Shown piece after piece: positions 1 to 9,419 of a stretch of 64,000 bases of DNA (within the stretch, counting starts at the first letter, position 1; each line of letters opens with the position of its first letter). The notes beneath the pieces are model-generated. The model saw only the letters and a program-made list of their open reading frames with translations. It was not told where the DNA came from and did not search any database. Made by a program: the position numbers and the translations under genes. This DNA is from Sphingobacteriia bacterium (GTDB taxonomy: Bacteria > Bacteroidota > Bacteroidia > J057 > RFSG01). The DNA lies in NCBI GenBank assembly GCA_009924095.1, contig RFSG01000002.1, positions 180 to 64,179 of the forward strand. The letters run 5' to 3'.

Positions 1-462
1 TAAGGTTACCATTTTTTCATCTGCCCTGCGAAATTCCCCTTGTTGCATTCCTTGTCTTAAAATAATCCGAAATCTTAATTCATATTCTTTACGCATTTTA
101 ATAAATGCACTTAATCTGGGTTCGGTTAAATGTTTGTATTCTAACAAAAAAACCTGTGCTTCATCTGGTGACCGAGTAATTACGGCTAAATGCGATTGAA
201 TGGCAAACTCCAATTGTTGAGAATAGGTAAGGGAGCCAGATTCAATCCTATCTAAGGATTCTAATAATTCTGCACCTAACCTAAAACAAATATTTTCTAA
301 TAACTCTTCTTTATTTCGGATGTGGGAATATAAACTAGCAGCCTCAATGCCTAAATGATTGGCAAGATCCCGCATGCTCGTAGCAAAGTACCCCTTCTTT
401 CTAAAAAGACTGGCAGCCAATTGAACCATTTCGATTTTACGGGTACTTTTTATCGCTTCCAC
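1..462 (-). CDS. TetR/AcrR-family transcriptional regulator, partial (C-terminus lies beyond the window edge)
   Basis: Not in the ORF track because there is no stop in the window. Hand translation of the minus strand from GTG at 462 (alternative ATG at 429) gives VEAIKSTRKIEMVQLAASLFRKKGYFATSMRDLANHLGIEAASLYSHIRNKEELL..., a typical TetR N-terminal HTH. The frame stays open to position 1. Confidence 0.75.
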   Translation of the reverse strand, partial: MEAIKSTRKIEMVQLAASLFRKKGYFATSMRDLANHLGIEAASLYSHIRNKEELLENICFRLGAELLESLDRIESGSLTYSQQLEFAIQSHLAVITRSPDEAQVFLLEYKHLTEPRLSAFIKMRKEYELRFRIILRQGMQQGEFRRADEKMVTL

Positions 463-488
463 AAATTATGCGTTACTATAATTTAGGT

Positions 489-516
489 CAAAGATAAACT
501 ACCTAACGTTCGTTAG
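489..516 (-). promoter_or_regulatory. Putative tetR promoter -7 box plus inverted repeat (candidate operator)
   Basis: On the minus strand, TATCTTTG (496..489) fits the Bacteroidota TAnnTTTG -7 consensus. Just upstream is the inverted repeat CTAACG-TT-CGTTAG (503..516), placed between the expected -33 and -7 positions. Confidence 0.35.
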
Positions 517-520
517 CAAA

Positions 521-1120
521 TTATTTTTTGATTTTTTCCGGATGTTCAGGACCTAAAAATCGCCATGGTTTATGCATCCAATCCCCAGCATACGGTATTC
601 CGACTCTTGGCGCAGATCTAATTTCGCTTTCAGAATAATGCTTTCCATCGTCTGATAAAAATAAATTAGTATCCAATAACGGAACCTTGTTCTGTAAAGT
701 AGTAATTCCCATTGCTTGACTCATAGACCCGGGCCCAATCCCCAATGATTTGGAAGGATTTGATTTACCTCTTCGAAGTAACATTTCGTTTTCCCCTTCT
801 ACCGGAAGTATCCCTCGAATTAAGATAGCATGGGGTATTCCTTCTGGTCCCGTAACGATGTTGAATAAATGATGAATTCCATAACATAAATACACATAAG
901 CAATTCCCCCAGATTCATACATGGGAGCATTTCTTACCGTGCGTTTATTTTGAAAAGCATGAGAGGCTTGATCTTCAGGTGCCTGATAGGCCTCTGTTTC
1001 TATAATTCTTCCAATCGTTAATTTTCCCTCAAATTGAGTTACTAATAATTTGCCTATTAAATCTCTCGCAAGTCCAACAACATCCCGTGTTTCATAATAA
1101 GAGAGGGGTAGGGGTATCAT
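521..1120 (-). CDS. DNA-3-methyladenine glycosylase (Mpg/AAG family)
   Basis: 199 aa. Motifs ETEAY..PEDQASHAF, RN..MY..GG.AYVYLCYGIHHLFN and PRVGI are typical of the AAG/Mpg family. Confidence 0.85.
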   Translation of the reverse strand: MIPLPLSYYETRDVVGLARDLIGKLLVTQFEGKLTIGRIIETEAYQAPEDQASHAFQNKRTVRNAPMYESGGIAYVYLCYGIHHLFNIVTGPEGIPHAILIRGILPVEGENEMLLRRGKSNPSKSLGIGPGSMSQAMGITTLQNKVPLLDTNLFLSDDGKHYSESEIRSAPRVGIPYAGDWMHKPWRFLGPEHPEKIKK

Positions 1121-1250
1121 AAAAATTTGTTAGACAACAGAGGAAAGGTATTCAAATTTAAGAAATCAAAATAAAGCCAGTAAATGGTAAATCAACTTGA
1201 ATAATTGCATTAACATTTATAAGTATACTTTCACTCTCCATTGCGTTACT

Positions 1251-1258
1251 TATCTTTG
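1251..1258 (+). promoter_or_regulatory. Putative -7 promoter box TATCTTTG, 4 nt upstream of ATG 1263
   Basis: Exact match to TAnnTTTG. Its position argues for ATG 1263 rather than the track's TTG 1197 as the start, and implies a leaderless or near-leaderless mRNA. Confidence 0.4.
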
Positions 1259-1262
1259 CCTT

Positions 1263-2876
1263 ATGCGAAATTTTCCAGGATGGATTATTATCCTAATCTT
1301 ATGTAGTGTTCTGTTTATTCCTTTTTTAGGAAGCATAAGTTTATTTGATTGGGATGAAATTAATTTTGCGGAATCAGCAAGAGAAATGCTCTTGACTAAA
1401 AATTTCTTACAAGTAACTATTAATTATTTGCCATTTTATGAAAAGCCTCCTTTGTTTTTTTGGATGCAGGCTTTTGCGATGTATACTCTGGGAGTAAATG
1501 AATGGGCAGCACGAATTCCCAATGTTTTTGCCGCTTTTGCTACTTTATACATGTTATATGTTTTGGGGAAATATTTACAGGATGAATTAACCGGTAAAAT
1601 TATGGTAGCCTTATATCTTGCTGCTTGGCTCCCTAATTTTTATTTTAGAACCGGAATCATTGACCCCTGGTTTAATTTCTGGATTATTGCAGCCCTCCTT
1701 TGTTTTTTGGCTGGAAATGAAGATGGAAATTCTAAATCACTAATGTATTTTTTAGGTTCTGGCGTATTTTCAGGATTAGCGGTATTAACCAAAGGTCCAG
1801 TAGCATTATTAATGATTGGACTCTCTTTAATAATTTATTTTATAATGCGGAAAAAATGGCCAAATCTAAAATTTTGGTTGGGCTATAGTTTTTCTTTATT
1901 TCTTATTTTATCGGGATGGTTAGGAACCTTAACCTACCTATATGGAACTGATTTTTTATTTTCTTTTATTCAATATCAAATTGAATTATTTACCCAACCG
2001 GTTGCAGGTCATGAACAACCTTTTTATTATCATTTTGTAGTAATTGCACTCGGCTGTTTTCCTATGAGTTTTTTATTTTTTAATTCTTTTAGATATGTTC
2101 CCGTAGATTATAAAAAAAGAAATTTCAGTCTATTAATGAAAATACTATTTTGGGTAGTATTAATTGTTTTTAGTATTAGTAAAACCAAGATTGTGCATTA
2201 TTCAAGCCTATGTTGGATTCCTGGTGGAATAATTACGGGTATATATTTAAGAGATCGTTGGAAAGAAATATATGCTAATTTCCTAATTCGTAAAATTATA
2301 CCTTATTGGATGTTGAGTATTGGGATATTAATTTTAATTGCCGGAATAGGATTACCCTATTTAAAATACACGGGTATTCAGGATAAATTTTTAATTGCAG
2401 GATTAAATGGACCTGTATATTGGACTGGATTCGAGGCTATTCCCGGCCTTTGTCTTACCTTGGGCGGAATTTATCTACTGTTATTTAAATCTACAATTAA
2501 TATAAAGCCTTGGCTATATTCACAAGCTGCAATCACCAGTTTATTTTTACTCTCTTTAGGAATGTTTTTAGCCCCTAGAATTGCGGAAATTACCCAAGAA
2601 CCAGCCATTCGATTTTATAAAAGTATGCAAGGAAAACGAGTATTATTAATTACTGAAGGATTTAAATCCTATGCGCATTATTTTTATGGAGCTGTTCAAC
2701 CTCCTGATAATATAAATCTTCAAGATATAAATACTTGTTTGCAAGGAAATATTGACCGACCGATTTGGATGGTGGTTCGAAAAGACAGAATAAAGGAAGA
2801 TTTTCAAGATAAATATCCTTTATTTAACGAAGTATTTAAATCAGGTGGATTTGTTTTTTTTGTTCGAAAACCATGA
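1263..2876 (+). CDS. GT-C fold glycosyltransferase, family 39/83 (ArnT/PMT_2-like), polytopic membrane protein
   Basis: N-terminal motif LFDWDEINFAESAREML...FYEKPPLFFW followed by many hydrophobic helices. The track ORF begins at TTG 1197; I prefer the in-frame ATG 1263. Confidence 0.78.
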   Translation: MRNFPGWIIILILCSVLFIPFLGSISLFDWDEINFAESAREMLLTKNFLQVTINYLPFYEKPPLFFWMQAFAMYTLGVNEWAARIPNVFAAFATLYMLYVLGKYLQDELTGKIMVALYLAAWLPNFYFRTGIIDPWFNFWIIAALLCFLAGNEDGNSKSLMYFLGSGVFSGLAVLTKGPVALLMIGLSLIIYFIMRKKWPNLKFWLGYSFSLFLILSGWLGTLTYLYGTDFLFSFIQYQIELFTQPVAGHEQPFYYHFVVIALGCFPMSFLFFNSFRYVPVDYKKRNFSLLMKILFWVVLIVFSISKTKIVHYSSLCWIPGGIITGIYLRDRWKEIYANFLIRKIIPYWMLSIGILILIAGIGLPYLKYTGIQDKFLIAGLNGPVYWTGFEAIPGLCLTLGGIYLLLFKSTINIKPWLYSQAAITSLFLLSLGMFLAPRIAEITQEPAIRFYKSMQGKRVLLITEGFKSYAHYFYGAVQPPDNINLQDINTCLQGNIDRPIWMVVRKDRIKEDFQDKYPLFNEVFKSGGFVFFVRKP

Positions 2877-3370
2877 ACGATATAGATCGTAAAGCACTTG
2901 CAGATAAAGCAAAACTTAAATTAAATTCTTTTCAGGAATTATTTAAAAATCTTCGGAAATTAAAAGGCAAAGAATTAGATAATGCCTTTATGTATACCCA
3001 TGATAATGTATTTGAAAAAACGGATTGTTTACAATGTGGGAATTGTTGCCAAGTAGGAACACCTGTTTTTTCTGAGAAGGATGTGGAACGTGCTGCAAAA
3101 CGATTAAAAATGAAACCAGGTGATTTTACCCATGCCTGGTTGTTTACCGATTCCGATGGGGATAAAGTATTAAAATCAACCCCATGTCCCTTTTTAGGGG
3201 AGGATAATTATTGTTCTATTTATGAAGATCGTCCCGAGGATTGTAGGAATTTTCCACATACCCGACGTAAGCCCATGCTTCCGCGGTTAAATGTGGTATT
3301 GGCGAATACCGCCGTATGTCCCGCAGCCATGAAAATACTGGAAATAATGCAAACCGAGTATCGCACTTGA
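2873..3370 (+). CDS. YkgJ-family cysteine-cluster (Zn/Fe-chelating) protein
   Basis: 165 aa with CLQCGNCCQ and CPFL...YCSIYEDRPEDCRNFP motifs. ATGA start/stop overlap with the upstream GT39 gene. Confidence 0.8.
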   Translation: MNDIDRKALADKAKLKLNSFQELFKNLRKLKGKELDNAFMYTHDNVFEKTDCLQCGNCCQVGTPVFSEKDVERAAKRLKMKPGDFTHAWLFTDSDGDKVLKSTPCPFLGEDNYCSIYEDRPEDCRNFPHTRRKPMLPRLNVVLANTAVCPAAMKILEIMQTEYRT

Positions 3371-3442
3371 GGCTTAATATTATCTACATTTTGTTGCCGA
3401 AATAATGTGATTAATTCGGTTAGTAGGAATAAATTTAATGTG

Positions 3443-3450
3443 TAATTTTG
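3443..3450 (+). promoter_or_regulatory. Putative -7 promoter box TAATTTTG upstream of serC
   Basis: Matches TAnnTTTG and lies 6 nt before ATG 3457. Confidence 0.35.
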
Positions 3451-3456
3451 AATTAT

Positions 3457-4536
3457 ATGAGTTCTAAAGTCTATAATTTTAGCGCCGGTCCGGGAATTCT
3501 CCCCACTGAAGTCTTACAACAAGCAGCCTCCGCTTGTATCAATTTTGACGACCTTTCTCTTTCTTTATTAGAGATTTCCCATCGGAGTAAAAACTTCGAG
3601 GCGGTAATGGAGGAAGCCCGTGAATTGGCTGCTCAATTATTGGGGCTATCTGCAGGCTGGAAAGTGCTCTATCTAGGGGGGGGGGCCTCGCTTCAATTTG
3701 CGATGGTTCCTTATAATCTTTTAACGAATGATGGATTTGCCGCTTATGTAAATACCGGCGTTTGGGCTACTAAAGCAATTAAAGAAGCACAAGTATTGGG
3801 AAATGTTAAGGTGATTGCTTCTTCAGAAGATAATAAATTTAGTTACATTCCTAGAGGATACGAAATTCCAACAGATGCAGATTATCTTCATCTTACCTCT
3901 AATAATACCATCTTTGGAACCCAAATGAAGTCCTTCCCTAAATCAGAGGTTCCCATTGTAGTAGATATGTCGTCCGATATTTTTAGTCGCCCAATTGATG
4001 GAAATCAATTTTCATTAATTTATGCCGGTGCTCAAAAAAATATGGGTCCTGCAGGAGCAACCTTAGTGGCAGTAAGAGAAGATATCCTCGGAAAAACGGG
4101 TCGTAAAATGTTGGCAATGTTGGATTATAAAGTCCATATAAAAGGAGGTTCCATGTATAATACTCCTCCCGTATTTCCGGTGTATGTTTGTTTATTAACC
4201 ATGCGTTGGTTAAGAGATAATGGGGGATTACCTTGGATGGCGCAACGTAATAAAGAAAAATCAGAATGTTTATACGCTGAAATTGACAGAAACCCTATGT
4301 TTGTGGCAACTGTACCTAAAGCCGAAGACCGTTCTGATATGAATGCCTGCTTTTTATTGACCAAACCTGAACTTGAAAATGAATTTAATGCCCTTTGGAA
4401 GGATGCGGGTATTAGCGGAATTACAGGTCATAGAGATGTGGGAGGGTATAGAGCCTCAATGTATAATGCATTGCCATTAGACGCAGTCAAAACATTGGTG
4501 GAAGTGATGAAATCCTTCGAACAAAAATTCGGATGA
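3457..4536 (+). CDS. serC: Phosphoserine aminotransferase
   Basis: MSSKVYNFSAGPGILP... N-terminus and overall SerC-like sequence. The track start TTG 3448 lies inside the -7 box, so ATG 3457 is preferred. Confidence 0.93.
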   Translation: MSSKVYNFSAGPGILPTEVLQQAASACINFDDLSLSLLEISHRSKNFEAVMEEARELAAQLLGLSAGWKVLYLGGGASLQFAMVPYNLLTNDGFAAYVNTGVWATKAIKEAQVLGNVKVIASSEDNKFSYIPRGYEIPTDADYLHLTSNNTIFGTQMKSFPKSEVPIVVDMSSDIFSRPIDGNQFSLIYAGAQKNMGPAGATLVAVREDILGKTGRKMLAMLDYKVHIKGGSMYNTPPVFPVYVCLLTMRWLRDNGGLPWMAQRNKEKSECLYAEIDRNPMFVATVPKAEDRSDMNACFLLTKPELENEFNALWKDAGISGITGHRDVGGYRASMYNALPLDAVKTLVEVMKSFEQKFG

Positions 4537-4595
4537 TATTTAATTTTAATAGTTTTCTTTTTTAATTAGGTCTCTTTTAATTAATTATTTTTCTT

Positions 4596-5564
4596 GTGAT
4601 TAAATTATTAGCCAACGATGGAATTGATGCTTCTGCAGAACAATCTTTAACTGCTGCAGGTATTACCGTTTTAACCCAAAAAATACCCCAAGAGGATTTG
4701 GTGGAATTTATCCAAAAGGAAAATATTATCGCCCTCACAGTACGAAGTGCTACACAAGTACGTCAGGATTTAATTGATAAATGCCCTAGTCTTAAAGTAA
4801 TTGCAAGAGGTGGTGTAGGGATGGATAATATTGATGTGCAATATGCCATTGCCAAAGGATTACATGTGATTTATACCCCTGCCGCTTCTTCTCAATCTGT
4901 GGCTGAATTAGTATTTGCACATCTAACTGGAGCAGTAAGATTTTTGCCTTTGTCAAATCGTGAAATGCCAACCCGTGGTAATACCGAGTTTGCTGCCCTA
5001 AAAAAACAATTTAGTGCAGGTACAGAATTAAAAGGAAAAAAATTAGGTATCGTAGGTTTTGGAAGAATTGGTCAAGCGGTAGCAAAAATAGGGTTGGGGT
5101 TGGGTATGGAAATTCTACCTGTAGATGAGAATATTTCAGAATTAAATTTAACCTTAGATATTATTGGAACTAAATCTCCTGTAATTATTTCCTTAAAAAC
5201 ATTTTCTTTATCAGAAGTATTACCTCAGGCAGATGTAATTACTTTTCATGTTCCAGGGGGTTGTATTATTGATTCTCCTGAAATTGCAAAAATGAAAAAA
5301 GGAGTAATTCTAATTAATACGGCAAGAGGTGGAGTAATTAATGAAGAAGCATTATTACAGGGATTAAATGAGGGGATTATTGCACAAGCGGGACTTGATG
5401 TATTTGTCAATGAACCGAAACCCGATGCCCGTTTATTATCTCATCCCAAAATTTCTTTAACGCCACATATTGGTGCTGCTACGGAAGAAGCCCAAATGCG
5501 TATTGGTCATGAGCTTGCCGCCAAATTATTAGAGGTGTTGACTCCGCATCTATCCCATTCCTAA
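4596..5564 (+). CDS. serA: D-3-phosphoglycerate dehydrogenase (short form, 2-hydroxyacid dehydrogenase family)
   Basis: 322 aa with the NAD-binding motif GIVGFGRIGQAVA and the catalytic region TPHIGAAT. Located directly after serC. Confidence 0.85.
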   Translation: MIKLLANDGIDASAEQSLTAAGITVLTQKIPQEDLVEFIQKENIIALTVRSATQVRQDLIDKCPSLKVIARGGVGMDNIDVQYAIAKGLHVIYTPAASSQSVAELVFAHLTGAVRFLPLSNREMPTRGNTEFAALKKQFSAGTELKGKKLGIVGFGRIGQAVAKIGLGLGMEILPVDENISELNLTLDIIGTKSPVIISLKTFSLSEVLPQADVITFHVPGGCIIDSPEIAKMKKGVILINTARGGVINEEALLQGLNEGIIAQAGLDVFVNEPKPDARLLSHPKISLTPHIGAATEEAQMRIGHELAAKLLEVLTPHLSHS

Positions 5565-6808
5565 TGGCTCGGATTCGTCCTTTTGCTGGTATCCGTCCTG
5601 CTATGGATAAGGTTGCTCGTATGGTAAGCCCTTCTCCCGATCGCTTATCTGCGCAAGCCATTCAAGAGGAATTATCTAACAATCCGGATTCTTTTCTTCA
5701 AATTTTATTTCCAGATTTCCTGGATAAAATTATTACTGAACCTGGATCCCCAGAACGATTATTAAAAACTAAACAACGATATCATTCCTATTTACAAGAG
5801 CAACGTCTCTTGCGGGATAATAAACCTGCTTATTATATTTATCGTCAGCAATCAGATAACCATTCCTATGTCGGAATAATGGCCTGTACCAGTATTGATG
5901 ATTATCGAAATGGAGTTATTAAAGTACATGAAGCTACACTTACCGATAGAGAAGAAAAATTACGTGCCTATTTGGAAGTATGTGGCTACAACGCAGAACC
6001 TGTTTTATTTGCCTATCCCGATCATTCTGATGTTAATCATTGGGTGACTACCCAAATTCAACAAAAGCCTATTTATGATTTTGTTACCCAAGGTAATTTA
6101 CATCATGAAATTTGGATGGTGAATTCGGAAAATGAAATTAAAATATTAACAAATTATTTTTCAGAATTATCCGCTATTTATATTGCAGATGGTCACCATC
6201 GTTCAGCCTCATCTGCATTGCTGGGGGAATCTAAAAGAATACAAAATCCTAATTATACCGGAGAGGAGCCCTGGAATTTTTATTTAGGAATTTTTTTTCC
6301 AGAATCTCAATTAAATATTTTACCCTATCATCGGGTAACTACCGATTTAAATGGATTAACCCCTGAACAATTTTTAGCTGCTCTATCCAACGATTTTACG
6401 GTAGATTCTATATCTGCAGCAGATGCTCAGCCTACTGCTCGCCATTCCTTTACTTTATATGTAGATACGAAATGGTATTTATTAACCTTAAAACCTGAGA
6501 GAGTACAAGAAGGTGATCCTGTACATGCATTGGATGCTTATTTATTAACGTATTATATTTTAAATCCGATTTTAGGAATTTCAGATTTAAAAACCGATAC
6601 AAGAATTGGATTTATTGCTGGAAATTCAGAAATCCACGAATTAGAAAATCAAGTTAATTCAGGGAAATATTCAGCAGCATTTGGATTATTTCCTGTGCAA
6701 ATGGATGAACTTAAACGAATAGCAGATTCAGGTGCAATTATGCCCCCTAAATCTACTTGGGTAGAACCAAAATTAAAAACAGGATTAATTATTTATTCCT
6801 TGGAGTAA
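5564..6808 (+). CDS. DUF1015-family protein
   Basis: 414 aa with MARIRPFAGIRP N-terminus and ADGHHR motif. Its start overlaps the serA stop (TAATG). Confidence 0.8.
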   Translation: MARIRPFAGIRPAMDKVARMVSPSPDRLSAQAIQEELSNNPDSFLQILFPDFLDKIITEPGSPERLLKTKQRYHSYLQEQRLLRDNKPAYYIYRQQSDNHSYVGIMACTSIDDYRNGVIKVHEATLTDREEKLRAYLEVCGYNAEPVLFAYPDHSDVNHWVTTQIQQKPIYDFVTQGNLHHEIWMVNSENEIKILTNYFSELSAIYIADGHHRSASSALLGESKRIQNPNYTGEEPWNFYLGIFFPESQLNILPYHRVTTDLNGLTPEQFLAALSNDFTVDSISAADAQPTARHSFTLYVDTKWYLLTLKPERVQEGDPVHALDAYLLTYYILNPILGISDLKTDTRIGFIAGNSEIHELENQVNSGKYSAAFGLFPVQMDELKRIADSGAIMPPKSTWVEPKLKTGLIIYSLE

Positions 6809-6861
6809 ATTTTTCTCGATTTTATTTATTATTTATACACAAAACGATAAATACGAAATAA

Positions 6862-9096
6862 TTAAACCCGAGTAACAGAAAATACACCACTAACCTTTTT
6901 TAACAAATCAATTAATTTATTTAACTGATCGGTATGGTGAACGAAAACTTTAAAAACTCCTTCATATATACCATCTTCTGTATCAATGGTAATACTTCTA
7001 ATATTTATTTTCATCATTCCAGAAATAACCTTAATTAAATTATTCATCATCCCAATCCGATCTTCCCCAATTATTTTAATTCCGGCAAGGAAGGTAATAT
7101 TAGCATCTTCCGTCCATTTAGTTTTAACAATGCTAGGACCAAAATGCGACATAAGCTTTTCAGCTTCCTTGCAATGGGTTTGATGAATTTCTATTCCCTT
7201 CTTCGGCATAATAAAACCTACAATTTCATCCCCCGGAATGGGTTGACAACAAGGGGCAAAATGATAATCAATCCTTTCCATATCCTCCCCAATTAATAAC
7301 ATATCCGTATCTACCCCTCGTTCTTTCCGAATAAATGCCTCGAATGATTTCGGATCAATAACTGTGCGAGTACCTTCTTTAATGGGCGATTTGGTTTTAT
7401 TTTCTATTTGATCTTTCCTCAATTGAATAAGATCTTGTATTTTTTTAATATCCAATCGGTGAGCCCCTAATTGATAATAAAATTCAAATACATTGCGAAT
7501 TTTAAAATAGGATAATATCACATTCATAAATTCATGATCCTCATGAATGCCTAATGACGTGGCTTTCCAATCAAATAAAGCTTTTCCTTTGGTAGCAATT
7601 ATTTTTTTCTGCTCTCGTAAGGCATCTTTGATTTTATTTAAGGCTTTAGAAGTTTGGGCAAAATTTACCCATTCCTCTTTAACCTCTTCTTTTCTGGAGG
7701 TTATTATTTCGATCTGATCTCCATTTTTTAATTCATAACTTAAAGGGACTAATTTTCCATTTATTTTAGCGCCAATACAAGAATTTCCTACACGGGTATG
7801 AATTTCATAGGCAAAATCTAAAACCGTAGATTTAATTGGTAAATTTTTTAAATCTCCTTTAGGCGTAAATACATATACCTCATCTGAAAATAAATTAGAT
7901 TTAAATTCATCTACAAATTCTAATGCCGATAATTGAGGATTTTCTAATAATTCATGAATTCTTCCCAACCAAACTTCAAAGGCTTTATCATTAAATTCTT
8001 TTCCATCTTTATATTTCCAATGTGCTGCATATCCTTTTTCCGCTTGATCATCCATTCTTTGAGTACGGATTTGAACTTCTACCCATCTTCCTTTTGGACC
8101 CATAACCGTAATATGCAAAGATTCATATCCATTGGTTTTAGGAATGGTAATCCAATCTCGCATCCTTTCCATATTGGGTTTGTATTTTTCAGTGATTAAA
8201 GAATAAGTTCTCCAACAATCCGCTTTTTCATTTTCTGGGGTAGAATTTAAAATAATCCGTATGGCAAACAAATCATAAATTTGTTCAAACGGAATATCTT
8301 GTTTATTCATTTTTTTATAAATGGAGGAAACAGATTTAAATCTTCCTTTTATTTCAAAGTTTAGGTCAGTAGCTTGCAACGGTTCTTTAATGATTTTAAT
8401 AAAATTCGAAATATAACTTTTGCTATCATCTTTATATCGTGCCAATTTTTGGGTTATTTCTTTAAATACTTTAGGATCTGTATATTTTAAGGATAAATCT
8501 TCTAATTCTGTTTTAATATTATATAATCCTAAACGATGGGCTAGGGGAGCATATAAATAATGCGTTTCGGAAGCTATTTTTAATTGCTTCTCTTTTTTCA
8601 TATGCTCTAAAGTTCGCATGTTATGCAAACGGTCGGCGAGTTTAATTAATACTACCCGAATGTCATCGGAAAGCGTTAATAGCATTTTTCTAAAGTTCTC
8701 TGCTTGTTGAGAACTTTTATGATCAAAGACCCCTGAAATTTTGGTTAGCCCTTCAATTATTTCGGCTACGGTATTTCCAAATTCTCTTCGAATATCTTCT
8801 ACTTCGGCAAAAGTATCTTCTACAACATCATGAAGTAGAGCGCAAATGATAGAAGTAGTTCCCAAACCAATTTCTCGGGTAACAATTTTAGCAACGGCAA
8901 TAGGATGGAAAATATAGGGCTCCCCTGATTTTCTGCGCGCATCCTTATGCATTTCTTGGCTGTATTCGAAGGCTTTACGAATTAATTTTCGGTCTTCAGG
9001 CGAAGTATGATCTTGACAAGACTTAATCAGACCTCTATAGGCAGCCAGAATTTCTTTGCGCTCGATTTGTAATTGAGCTGTGGTGAGTTGAACCAT
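6862..9096 (-). CDS. spoT: Bifunctional (p)ppGpp synthetase/hydrolase (RelA/SpoT homolog)
   Basis: 744 aa. Contains the HD hydrolase motif (HDVVEDT), a synthetase region (RFKSVSSIYKKM), and TGS and ACT-like C-terminal parts. Confidence 0.95.
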   Translation of the reverse strand: MVQLTTAQLQIERKEILAAYRGLIKSCQDHTSPEDRKLIRKAFEYSQEMHKDARRKSGEPYIFHPIAVAKIVTREIGLGTTSIICALLHDVVEDTFAEVEDIRREFGNTVAEIIEGLTKISGVFDHKSSQQAENFRKMLLTLSDDIRVVLIKLADRLHNMRTLEHMKKEKQLKIASETHYLYAPLAHRLGLYNIKTELEDLSLKYTDPKVFKEITQKLARYKDDSKSYISNFIKIIKEPLQATDLNFEIKGRFKSVSSIYKKMNKQDIPFEQIYDLFAIRIILNSTPENEKADCWRTYSLITEKYKPNMERMRDWITIPKTNGYESLHITVMGPKGRWVEVQIRTQRMDDQAEKGYAAHWKYKDGKEFNDKAFEVWLGRIHELLENPQLSALEFVDEFKSNLFSDEVYVFTPKGDLKNLPIKSTVLDFAYEIHTRVGNSCIGAKINGKLVPLSYELKNGDQIEIITSRKEEVKEEWVNFAQTSKALNKIKDALREQKKIIATKGKALFDWKATSLGIHEDHEFMNVILSYFKIRNVFEFYYQLGAHRLDIKKIQDLIQLRKDQIENKTKSPIKEGTRTVIDPKSFEAFIRKERGVDTDMLLIGEDMERIDYHFAPCCQPIPGDEIVGFIMPKKGIEIHQTHCKEAEKLMSHFGPSIVKTKWTEDANITFLAGIKIIGEDRIGMMNNLIKVISGMMKINIRSITIDTEDGIYEGVFKVFVHHTDQLNKLIDLLKKVSGVFSVTRV

Positions 9097-9177
9097 GATT
9101 TCGGCAAGATAAGACAGATTACAGAAATATTTAACAAACAGTTATTTACATTATTTGATTAACGTAATTATAAATTT

Positions 9178-9211
9178 ATTGTCTCAAATGCCTGCGAACT
9201 TATTATCTTTG
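9178..9211 (+). promoter_or_regulatory. Putative promoter of tRNA-Leu (-33 TTG-like, -7 TATCTTTG at 9204..9211)
   Basis: The TAnnTTTG match ends 9 nt before the mature tRNA 5' end. A TTG element sits about 22 nt upstream. Confidence 0.45.
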
Positions 9212-9220
9212 TACGTTTTT

Positions 9221-9302
9221 GCGGATGTGGCGTAATTGGTAGCCGCGCCAGACTTAGGATCTGGTGCCGAAAGGCGTGGGGGTTCGAGTCCCTCCATCCG
9301 TA
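9221..9302 (+). tRNA. tRNA-Leu (anticodon TAG)
   Basis: Hand-folded cloverleaf: acceptor GCGGATG/CATCCGT, anticodon stem CCAGA/TCTGG with loop CTTAGGA, long variable arm TGCCGAAAGGCGT, T-arm GGGGG-TTCGAGT-CCCTC. No encoded CCA. Confidence 0.9.
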
Positions 9303-9419
9303 CTACTCCGGTAGCAATTTACCCGGGGAAGGGTAGCCCGGCAGCTTTATGTCGTAGCTCGCTATCCCAATGGGTGATATGCCCGAATTGATTTTTATAA
9401 CCTTAATTGCCCGTATCCC

